Below are positions 8,852 to 17,391 of a stretch of DNA of 64,000 nucleotides, one piece after another. Position 1 is the stretch's first letter; each line of letters opens with the position of its first letter. Position numbers and translations under genes: made by a program. Origin of the DNA: Candidatus Moranbacteria bacterium GW2011_GWE2_35_2- (GTDB lineage: Bacteria; Patescibacteriota; Minisyncoccia; Moranbacterales; UBA9337); NCBI GenBank assembly GCA_000990585.1, contig LBQD01000003.1, positions 79,504-143,503 of the forward strand, in the 5' to 3' direction. Below the pieces are notes generated by a model. It did no database searches. It worked only from the letters and a program-made list of their open reading frames with translations, and had not been told where the DNA came from.

Positions 8852-10618
8852 TTACAAGTGCATTATTTTTTTTTCTTCGATTTCTTTTTTAATTTTTTCT
8901 ACAAATTCTTCAAGAGGCAGGATTTCCTGTTTTTTATCTGCGCGTTTTCGGATGGCGACGGTTTTGGCTGCCATTTCTTTTTCCCCGACTATCAACATAT
9001 ATGGAATTTTCTGTTTTTCGGCTTCGGATATTCTTTTTCCGAGAGATTCGGATTCAAAGCTCATTTCTACGCGAATATTGTTTTCCGAAAGTTTCTTCTC
9101 GACTTCCTTGGCGTAATCTTCGAATTTTTCACTGATTGGAATAATCTTGACTTGAACGGGGGAGAGCCAAAGTGGAAAAGCGCCGGCGAAATGCTCAATC
9201 AGCAACACTAAAAATCTTTCATACGATCCCAAGATTGCGCGATGAACCATTACTGGAGGAATTTTCTCGCCTTTTTCGTTTGTATATTCCAGATTGAATC
9301 TTTTCGGAGTGGCAAAATCAATTTGAACGGTCGGGATTTGAATTTCTTTTCCAAGTGCGTCTTTAAACATAAAGTCCAATTTCGGACCATATAGCGCCGC
9401 TTCACCTTCGCAACGCTTGGCATCAAGCTTCATTTCATCGGAAATTTCTTCAAGTATTTTTTCACATTGATTCCAATCTTTTTCATCCCCGATATATTTT
9501 TCCGGATGGGTGTAATCTCTGACGGAAAGTGAAACCCAATGGTTTCCCCAAAGACCGAGAGCTCCGTAGAAGTCCTTAATAATGTTAATCATATTCTTGA
9601 TTTCATCTTTCACTTGATTGGCTGTGCAAAAAGAATGTCCGTCTTCGACTGTTATCGCATAAACTCTGGACAATCCGCCAACTTCTCCTGTTTTTTCGGC
9701 GCGATATTGTTTGTCTGATTCCATATAACGAATAGGCAAATCTTTATAGGATCTTGTTTTTGAGGCGTATATTTGAGTGTGATGCGGACATTGGACGGGC
9801 TTTAAAACAAAATCGTGCTTTTTTTCCGAGGTTACATGAAACAATTCATCGCCAAACTTTTTGGCGTGTCCGGATATTTCAAATAATTCGACTTTCGCCA
9901 GTGATGGAGCGGATATTTTTTGAAATCCATATTTGCGACAAACTTCTTCAATGTGTTTTTGCAGCTCATCCTTGATGATGGTTCCTTTCGGAGTGAAAAG
10001 CGGAAGTCCCGGTCCAACCAAATCAGAAAAACAAAACAAATCCAATTCTTTTCCTAATTTGCGATGGTCGCGTTCTTTGGCTTTTTCTTGATTTTCCAAA
10101 TATTTTTTGAGTTCTTTTTTGTTTTCAAAAACCACGCCGTACACTCTTTGCATTTGTTTGTTATTTTCATCGGCTCGCCAATAAGCTCCGGAGATTTTGG
10201 TAAGTTTGAAAGATTGCGAGTTTATTTCTCCGGTTGAATCGATGTGGGGTCCGGAGCAAAGATCGACAAAGTTTCCGGTTTTGTATATCGTGACATTTTT
10301 GTTTCCTTCGTTTTGCAAATCCTTGATGATTTCCAATTTGTACGGTTGATTGGCTTTTTGAAAATGCTCGGCGGCATTTTCAGTGGAAATTTCTTGTTTT
10401 TCAAAAGGATGGTTGGCTTTGATAATTTCGCGCATTTTTTCTTCTAAGAGCGGGAGGTCTTCGGGAATAAGGGTTCGTGGCAGATCGAAGTCATAATAAA
10501 ATCCTTCTTCAGTAGCCGGTCCGGTTCCGAATTTGGCTTCCGGAAACATCTCCGAAACCGCCGTCGCCAAAATGTGAGCAGTTGAATGTTTGATAATTTC
10601 TTGTTTTTTATTGTTCAT
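8852..10618 (-). CDS. thrS: threonyl-tRNA synthetase
   Basis: Class II aaRS motifs with an editing-domain N-terminus (HSTAHILA). 588 aa. Confidence 0.9.
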   Translation of the reverse strand: MNNKKQEIIKHSTAHILATAVSEMFPEAKFGTGPATEEGFYYDFDLPRTLIPEDLPLLEEKMREIIKANHPFEKQEISTENAAEHFQKANQPYKLEIIKDLQNEGNKNVTIYKTGNFVDLCSGPHIDSTGEINSQSFKLTKISGAYWRADENNKQMQRVYGVVFENKKELKKYLENQEKAKERDHRKLGKELDLFCFSDLVGPGLPLFTPKGTIIKDELQKHIEEVCRKYGFQKISAPSLAKVELFEISGHAKKFGDELFHVTSEKKHDFVLKPVQCPHHTQIYASKTRSYKDLPIRYMESDKQYRAEKTGEVGGLSRVYAITVEDGHSFCTANQVKDEIKNMINIIKDFYGALGLWGNHWVSLSVRDYTHPEKYIGDEKDWNQCEKILEEISDEMKLDAKRCEGEAALYGPKLDFMFKDALGKEIQIPTVQIDFATPKRFNLEYTNEKGEKIPPVMVHRAILGSYERFLVLLIEHFAGAFPLWLSPVQVKIIPISEKFEDYAKEVEKKLSENNIRVEMSFESESLGKRISEAEKQKIPYMLIVGEKEMAAKTVAIRKRADKKQEILPLEEFVEKIKKEIEEKKIMHL

Positions 10619-10662
10619 ATGGTTATCTTATTAAATTTAAGGGAAAAATGCAAATGCATGTA

Positions 10663-13600
10663 TTAGGTTAATTCAATTTTTGCGCCGGTGGTTTTTTCTA
10701 TTTTTTCGATTAAATCTTTTCCTATGGCGACGCTGTACGAGGTTTCCATTTTTGATTCATTAAGCGAAAGATAGATTCTGGTTTTTCCGAATTTGCAGAC
10801 GCCGAGAGTGTCGGAAATATTTTTGAGGGTCATTTGGCTGGATTCGGGAGGTAAAATAATAGTAAGCTTTTCATTTTTAATTGGTGCATCCTTTTTTTCA
10901 AAATGTCCGTTGCTTTTTTGCGTGTGCAAAACTCTTTTGAAACTTTCCAATTCTTGCTGGTTTATTTCCTTGGCGTCTTCAGCTAGGATTTTGAAAACCC
11001 CGTCTTTGTCCGAAAGTTTTCCTTCGACCAAAACAATGCGGTCTTCTTGCCAAATTGAGCCAATCCGTTCCAGCGTTTTGGGAAAAATTAGAAGTTCTAT
11101 TTTTCCCTTCAAATCTTCAATCGTGGCAAACATCATTTCTTGATGGCGCTTGGTGATGATTTTTTTGACCGCGCTGATAACTCCTCCGACTTTTACCATC
11201 TGCCCGACCATATTTTGGTTCAATGCGTTGACGGGAATCGCCATTTGGTTAAAATATTCCTGATAATCAGAAACCGGATGTCCGCTTACATATAGTCCCA
11301 GCAGTTCTTTTTCCCATTGCAATTTTTCCTTCTTTTCCGCCGGAGCTGCCGGTTCGAGTTGAATTTTTGCTTTGGAAAGAATTTCTTCGCCAAAGAGGCT
11401 GGTTTGACTGGAATTTTTATTTTTTTGGATATTCTTGGAAAAAGCCAGAATAGTTTCTATATTTTCCAGAATTTGATTCCGCTCCGCCATTTGATCAAGC
11501 GCGCCCACTTTTGCCAGCGCTTCAATTGATTTTTTATTCAAATCCCGAATAGTGATTCTTTCAAGCATATCTCCGAGACCTGCATATTTTCCATTTCTTT
11601 TTCTTTCAGCGACAATTTCATGAGCGACCGGCTTGCCCACATTTTTTATGGCATTGAGTCCAAAGCGAATTTTTTCGTTATTATCAGTTCCCTTAACAAC
11701 CGCGAATTCTTCAAAGCTTTCATTGACATCCGGAGGCAAAACTTCGATTCCCATATGTTTGGCTTCATCCACCTCGATAGCGATGCGTTCGATGTTATCT
11801 TGGTCGGAAGTCATCAGTGCCGCCATAAACTCTGCCGGATAATGCGCTTTGAGATATGCTGTTTGATAACCGATGAGTCCATAGCAGGCGGCGTGGGAAT
11901 TATGAACCACGAAATCATTGGCGACAAAGTTGTGAGTGCTTTCGATGGTCAAATCGTAGGTCTTTTTTCTGCCTGATTTTTCGATGGAAATTATTTTATC
12001 CCAATAAATATCAGAGTTTCCCAATTCTAAAAGTTTTTTGCTTTTGAGTATTTTTCCGATTTCAAAAACAGTTTCCCGTAAAAAACCAACCTTCCTTTTG
12101 TCCTTGAAAAACAATCTTTCGGCAAAGTTGTATTCTTGGGAAAATTCTTTAGCGGAATATCCGGCATTTATAATTTCTTTTCTGATAATTTCGATAATTT
12201 CGGATGGAATAATGTCGCGGCTTCCGCGCGCGGAATAATTTTTTAATTGCCCATTTATTATTGGGTGGTTTTTGACGGCTTGTTTGATGTTTTTTAGTTT
12301 TTCTCCGATCAGATATTTTCCGGGACCTTTGTAGAAATTTTCGATATTATTGTACCTGTTTATGGTAAGTGTATATCCGATTTTTATCGTGTTTTTATAT
12401 TTAAATTTTTTCTTATGAATCGTGCCGATAATATTCAGCCGTAAAAGCAAATGTTGGAGCTGATGTGCCATTTTTTTTGAAGATGTCGCATAAAATATTT
12501 GCGGATATTTTCGGGAAAGACTCACACATCCGTCTCCTTGAAACATTTTTCCAATAAGCAAAGACAAGTCTTCGGAGTCTAACTTGAAAGCCAATTCTGG
12601 AATCTCCTTTTCGGTGGCTCTTTTTCCGTGAATTCCGATTGATTTTATCCAATCAACTGCTCCCGACTTTTCTTTCAGATTGATTCTTCCTGCATAAATC
12701 GAGGTTGCCGGTTTGCTTTTGTTGACTGTCGCTTTCGTGTTTTTAAACTTTTGCAAATTCAAAGTATATTCCTTTAATTCTGCCTTGTTTTTTGAGTAGA
12801 AATAGAAGCTGTGCGGATGGCACAAATTTCCTTCGGCCAGCAAGTATCCCAAGATAATCAATTTGTATTTCTCCATTTTTATTCCCTTAAAATTTAAAGG
12901 AAGGTTTCGCGCCATGGCTATTCTTTCTCCTGCCTTTATTTCTTCCAATTTTTTCCATCCGGAAATTGTCAAAAGCGGATGGTTGGCGGTGGCTTTGATT
13001 GTTTTTCCCAGCGCGGTTTTTATTTTAAAAACATCTTTCGTTCCATTGAAAAAAACTTTTGTTATTTTTCCATTTCCAAGTTTCAAATCATTTTTCAATG
13101 TTAAAATTTCGGGAAGTTTTTTTTTGTTGTTGTGCCAGTTATATAATTCTTCAAGGCGGAATTGCTTGCCGCTTTTTGCGTCGGTTATGAGCGTATCTCC
13201 ATCCAAGCATCGATTAAAGCCGTATCCGGCGAACGGTTCGATAAAAGCGAAAACATTTTCGGCAGTTTTTTTGTCGATTCCATTTTTTACGCATCCTTCA
13301 ACGAATTTTATTTTCTGTTCCTGAATTAAATTTAAAATTTTCTTTCCTACCGCTTTGCGAAGAACGTCAGCTTCTCCCAAGGTAAAACCGGCAAGCTGTT
13401 GTGCCATCTGCATAACTTGTTCTTGATAAACTGCTACGCCATAAGTTTTTTTCAAAATCGGTTCCAGTTTTGGATGCAAATAAGTTATCTTTTTCAATCC
13501 ATGTTTGCGCGCGATAAAGTCCGGTATCCAATCCATCGGTCCGGGGCGGTAAAGCGCTACCATAGCAATCACATCTTCAAGATTATTCGGCATTAATTGC

Positions 13601-15468
13601 TTGAGATATCTTTTCATTCCACTGCTTTCCAATTGAAATACTCCCGTGGTATTGGCGTGTTGCAAAAGTTCGTAGGTTTTTTTGTCATCCAGCGGAATAT
13701 TTTCAATGTCGATTTCCAACCCCTTTGTTTTGCGGACAATATTGAGAGTATTTTGGATGATGGTAAGATTTTTCAGTCCCAGAAAGTCCATCTTGAGAAG
13801 TCCGATTTTTTCCACATAGCTGGACTTGGTGGAAGATGAATATTGCGTGACTAATCCGTCGCCCCCTTTGGCGAGAGTTTGTAATGGGGAGTAGGCAGTA
13901 ACAGGTTCTTTGGTAATTACTACTCCGCATGCATGCATTGAAGCGTGGCGGGCAACACCTTCCAATTTTTTGGCGCTGTCGATCAGCTTTTTTCCATTAG
14001 GGTCGCTTTCATAAAGTTGCTTGAATTCTTTTGCATCTTCAAGCGCTTCTGCGATATCGGAAAACATTGGAATCATTTTGGCAGTTCGATCGCAAAAGCT
14101 GTACTCCAGGCCAAGTGCGCGTCCGGCATCGCGAATAGCGGCGCGAGCGGCCATCGTTCCAAAAGTAATAATCTGTGCTACGTGATCGTGGCCATATTTT
14201 TTTCGCACATAATCCAAAACTTCATCGCGGCGGTTGTCGGCGAAATCCATATCGACATCGGGCATAGATATTCTTTCCGGATTGAGAAATCGTTCAAAAA
14301 GCAGATCATACTTTATTGGGTCGACATTGGTTATTCCGATAAGATATGAAACAAAACTTCCTGCGGCACTTCCGCGACCCGGTCCGACGACGATTCCTTG
14401 CTGTTTTGCCCAATTGACAAAATCTTGAACGATAAGGAAGTATGATGGAAATCCGGTTTTTTCAATAATTTTCAGTTCGTATTCCATGCGATCGCGGTGT
14501 TCTTGCGTGATGTTTCCTTGATATTTTTTTTCGAGTCCTTTTTCAGTAAGATGGCGGAGATAAGTGACGTCCGTATATCCATCCGGAACGTCGAAATGAG
14601 GGAGTTGCGTTTCTCCGAGTTTGATATGAAAATCGCATTTATTGACAATTTCCTGGGTATTGGCGATAGCCTCGGGAGTATTTTTGAACGCACGTTGCAT
14701 TTCTTCCGGAGATTTCATCGAGAGATCGAAATCCATCAAGCTCATGCGGTTTTTTTCTTGGACTTTACGGTTGGTTTGGATACAGAGAAGAATGTCTTGT
14801 ATCTCAGCATCTTCTTTGTTGACATAATGAATATCTCCGGTGGCAACAACAGGAATTCCGGTTTTTTTGGAAATTTCCAGCATTCCCTTATTGGCATTTT
14901 TCTGTTCATTGTTGTTGGGATGATGTTGAAGTTCCATGAAAAAATTTCCTTTGCCAAAAATTTGTTCATATTCGCGAGCGACATCCCGCGCTTTTTCATA
15001 ATTTCCATTATTGATTTCATTGGGAATTTCTCCGGCTAGGCATCCGCTCATCGCAATCAGTCCGGTGGAATATTTTCTCAAAGTTTTTTTGTCAATTCTG
15101 GGCTTGTAATAGAATCCTTCCAAGTGGGCGATGGAAACCAGATGCATCAGATTTTTGTATCCATCTTCATCTTTGACCAAAAGAGTGAGGTGGTGCATTT
15201 TTCTATCAAGAGCTGTATTATTTTTGCTGGTTAAATCATGGGAAACATACATTTCGCATCCGATAATCGGTTTGATTCCCCGTTCTTTGGCTTTGATGGA
15301 AAATTCCACTGCGCCATACATCACGCCGTGGTCGGTGAGTGCCAGCGAGTCCATTCCCATTTCTTTGGCGCGGTCAAGAAGCTCATCGATTTTTGCCAAA
15401 CCGTCCAGGAGTGAATAATGGCTATGGACATGCAAGTGAGTAAATTTTTTATTTGAATTTTCCGGCAT
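10663..15468 (-). CDS. dnaE: DNA polymerase III alpha subunit DnaE containing an intein
   Basis: PHP domain (HLHVHSHYSLLDG). Polymerase core. FAGYGFNR|...|SHAACYG is split by a 437-aa insertion. The extein is about 1164 aa. Confidence 0.9.
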   Translation of the reverse strand: MPENSNKKFTHLHVHSHYSLLDGLAKIDELLDRAKEMGMDSLALTDHGVMYGAVEFSIKAKERGIKPIIGCEMYVSHDLTSKNNTALDRKMHHLTLLVKDEDGYKNLMHLVSIAHLEGFYYKPRIDKKTLRKYSTGLIAMSGCLAGEIPNEINNGNYEKARDVAREYEQIFGKGNFFMELQHHPNNNEQKNANKGMLEISKKTGIPVVATGDIHYVNKEDAEIQDILLCIQTNRKVQEKNRMSLMDFDLSMKSPEEMQRAFKNTPEAIANTQEIVNKCDFHIKLGETQLPHFDVPDGYTDVTYLRHLTEKGLEKKYQGNITQEHRDRMEYELKIIEKTGFPSYFLIVQDFVNWAKQQGIVVGPGRGSAAGSFVSYLIGITNVDPIKYDLLFERFLNPERISMPDVDMDFADNRRDEVLDYVRKKYGHDHVAQIITFGTMAARAAIRDAGRALGLEYSFCDRTAKMIPMFSDIAEALEDAKEFKQLYESDPNGKKLIDSAKKLEGVARHASMHACGVVITKEPVTAYSPLQTLAKGGDGLVTQYSSSTKSSYVEKIGLLKMDFLGLKNLTIIQNTLNIVRKTKGLEIDIENIPLDDKKTYELLQHANTTGVFQLESSGMKRYLKQLMPNNLEDVIAMVALYRPGPMDWIPDFIARKHGLKKITYLHPKLEPILKKTYGVAVYQEQVMQMAQQLAGFTLGEADVLRKAVGKKILNLIQEQKIKFVEGCVKNGIDKKTAENVFAFIEPFAGYGFNRCLDGDTLITDAKSGKQFRLEELYNWHNNKKKLPEILTLKNDLKLGNGKITKVFFNGTKDVFKIKTALGKTIKATANHPLLTISGWKKLEEIKAGERIAMARNLPLNFKGIKMEKYKLIILGYLLAEGNLCHPHSFYFYSKNKAELKEYTLNLQKFKNTKATVNKSKPATSIYAGRINLKEKSGAVDWIKSIGIHGKRATEKEIPELAFKLDSEDLSLLIGKMFQGDGCVSLSRKYPQIFYATSSKKMAHQLQHLLLRLNIIGTIHKKKFKYKNTIKIGYTLTINRYNNIENFYKGPGKYLIGEKLKNIKQAVKNHPIINGQLKNYSARGSRDIIPSEIIEIIRKEIINAGYSAKEFSQEYNFAERLFFKDKRKVGFLRETVFEIGKILKSKKLLELGNSDIYWDKIISIEKSGRKKTYDLTIESTHNFVANDFVVHNSHAACYGLIGYQTAYLKAHYPAEFMAALMTSDQDNIERIAIEVDEAKHMGIEVLPPDVNESFEEFAVVKGTDNNEKIRFGLNAIKNVGKPVAHEIVAERKRNGKYAGLGDMLERITIRDLNKKSIEALAKVGALDQMAERNQILENIETILAFSKNIQKNKNSSQTSLFGEEILSKAKIQLEPAAPAEKKEKLQWEKELLGLYVSGHPVSDYQEYFNQMAIPVNALNQNMVGQMVKVGGVISAVKKIITKRHQEMMFATIEDLKGKIELLIFPKTLERIGSIWQEDRIVLVEGKLSDKDGVFKILAEDAKEINQQELESFKRVLHTQKSNGHFEKKDAPIKNEKLTIILPPESSQMTLKNISDTLGVCKFGKTRIYLSLNESKMETSYSVAIGKDLIEKIEKTTGAKIELT
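11899..13209 (-). mobile_element. intein with LAGLIDADG homing-endonuclease domain in DnaE
   Basis: Starts CLDGDTLI (block A) just after GFNR. LAGLIDADG-like LIILGYLLAEGN and LLIGKMFQGDGCV. Ends ...FVVHN followed by S. Splits the conserved GFNKSHA motif. Confidence 0.8.
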
Positions 15469-15802
15469 ATATTTTGTTTGAAATTTTCAATTTTCAATTT
15501 CGAAACAATTTTCAATGATTCAATCTTAAAATTTTAAAATTAAGACATTGTTTGTAAGTTGTAAATTAAAAATTGATAATTAAAAAGCCTCGCTATGAAA
15601 TAGCAGGCGTGGCAAAACGTAAAAACATAAATTTAAACACAGTATTTTATTCATATATTTATTCTCCCCATAGCCCAGGTTTCCCAACGGGTTTTGCAAG
15701 AAAAGTTTTTATATCTTTACTACCATTGTAGCAGGTTCCGGGAAAATAAAAAAGATTTTGCATTAAAAATCCTTTATTTAAGCCAAAAAACAATACGAAC
15801 GT

Positions 15803-15832
15803 TTGACAAAACGCCGAAAATATGTATATAAT
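15803..15832 (+). promoter_or_regulatory. sigma70-like promoter upstream of the DGR target gene
   Basis: TTGACA at 15803, an ~18-bp spacer, then TATAAT at 15827. Confidence 0.5.
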
Positions 15833-15907
15833 GTAATGATATGCTGGAAAAGCATAGAGTTCATTTAATGGCGAGTCTGGGGCTTTGGCGTGGTGCTAAA
15901 GTGAGGG

Positions 15908-16600
15908 ATGAGCCAAATAAAAAAGAGGTGTGTTATGTCGAAAAGCAAGAAGCAGGTTGAGGCGATTGTGTCGGCGATGGGAGTTTTCACGGCGATTATT
16001 TCCACTCTCGTTGAACTGGTCAAAAAGTTCGGCGGAACGATGGAAAACATCTATCGTTTGGCGATTCCGGAAGGGCTTGTGACCCTGGAGGAGGTTGCGC
16101 GGGTGATCGTCGGGGCTGTTAAAGTTAAAAACGAGTTTCTCTGCCTCATTTTCGGTGGTGAAAATCTCATTATCGACGAGTGCAATGGTCGTGAAATTCT
16201 TGCCGATGCCAGTGATGTATTTGACTGGATCGACAGCGATTTTCGGAGCTGGGGTGCGGATGAGCAGGGACCAGCTACTAAAAAAACTCCCGTTCAGGTT
16301 TACGAGCTGGAAAAGGATGGGAAATTTCCTCAGATTTACGGCGCGCATTCGTCTGATCTGGATAAGCTCTGTCTAACCCAGCACCAGATTAAAAAATTTG
16401 TGCAGAAGTGTCGCGATTGGTTGAGAACTGATGGATACGGAACGTTTTTCTTATTCAAATCCAAGGGACATTATTTCGTCGCCGGTGTGGGCTTTGATTC
16501 CGGTGGCAGGCTTTGGGTGAGCGTGCACCGGCTCGAGAATGTGTATGTCTGGGATGCCGAGAATCGATATCGCTTTGTGTTTCCGCAACTGGACATCTAA
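15908..16600 (+). CDS. DGR variable (target) protein, 230 aa, C-terminal VR
   Basis: Its 3' 116 bp is a near-copy of the downstream TR, with adenine-specific differences. Higher GC than the surroundings. Confidence 0.7.
   Translation: MSQIKKRCVMSKSKKQVEAIVSAMGVFTAIISTLVELVKKFGGTMENIYRLAIPEGLVTLEEVARVIVGAVKVKNEFLCLIFGGENLIIDECNGREILADASDVFDWIDSDFRSWGADEQGPATKKTPVQVYELEKDGKFPQIYGAHSSDLDKLCLTQHQIKKFVQKCRDWLRTDGYGTFFLFKSKGHYFVAGVGFDSGGRLWVSVHRLENVYVWDAENRYRFVFPQLDI
16475..16590 (+). repeat. DGR variable repeat (VR)
   Basis: 116-bp ungapped alignment to 16908-17023. 15 mismatches, 13 at TR adenines. Confidence 0.75.
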
Positions 16601-16907
16601 CACTTTGTCCTATTGTGGCGCTTTGTCCCTTGGACTCTTTGACGCTTCTGCGTTTTGAGTTCAAGGGATTTTTTTGTATAATAAAATTGCAATCCTGGAA
16701 ATATCCGCGGTCAAGGCTTCGGGTCAAGGTTGTTGGAAAAATATATTCCGGAATTTTGTCGGACAAGTCTTGCAAAAGAGTGAAGATATTTTTTTAAAAA
16801 TAAAAACAGACAGTTGGTGCGGTAAATTGGAGAACTTTTAGGGTTTCAAATAAAATTCAATCCAGAGAGTATTCAATGGATGGTGGTATTGATGATTTGC
16901 CGCATAC

Positions 16908-17023
16908 TTCGTCGCCAATGTGAACTTTAATTCCGATGGCAGGCTTAAGGTGAGCGTGAACCGGCTCGAGAATGACAATGTCTGGAATGCCGAGAATCGA
17001 CATCGCTTTGTGTTTCCGAAACT
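16908..17023 (+). repeat. DGR template repeat (TR)
   Basis: Noncoding copy of the VR. Variable positions are AAY/AAR codons (aat, aac, aat, aag, aac, gacaat, aat, aaa). Confidence 0.75.
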
Positions 17024-17036
17024 TTCTGTTTTTCTC

Positions 17037-17339
17037 TCATCCATTCGATGAGAGTTTTTTATCCAAACCTTTTTTCCAACCGCCAAGCATTCTTCCGATT
17101 TCTTCCAATTTCTCGGAAAGGTCGATATATTTTTCATTGGGAATAAGTTTGTTTTCCCAAGCGGTTTGAGTAAAAAATTTCAAAACATCCAGTCTGGAGA
17201 TAGTCTTGCTTAAAAATATTATTTTATGTTCCGGCGGGAGATATGAAGCAGTAAAGGAAAGTTCCAGGATTTCAAGAAAAAGATTGTCAACTTTTCTCCC
17301 AATTCCATAGCGTTCGGTCTTGGGAAAATCACGATGCAA
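17037..17339 (-). CDS. avd: Avd-like four-helix-bundle accessory protein (23S-IVS protein family)
   Basis: FPKTERYGIGRKV...NEKYIDLSEKLEEIGRMLGGW matches the FPKEEKYGL...MLNgLi pattern. The ORF probably extends upstream to a non-ATG start. Opposite strand to the RT. Confidence 0.55.
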   Translation of the reverse strand: MHRDFPKTERYGIGRKVDNLFLEILELSFTASYLPPEHKIIFLSKTISRLDVLKFFTQTAWENKLIPNEKYIDLSEKLEEIGRMLGGWKKGLDKKLSSNG

Positions 17340-17391
17340 AATTAACCAAAAAGAATAAGATTCTTTAAGCTTATGAATTACAACAGGGACG

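Noticed and set aside
16455-16797. ORFs 16455-16775(-) and 16513-16797(+) between the DGR target and the TR.
   Set aside because: They overlap the VR and target 3' end. They lack RBS and motifs, and the region is better explained as DGR noncoding spacer.
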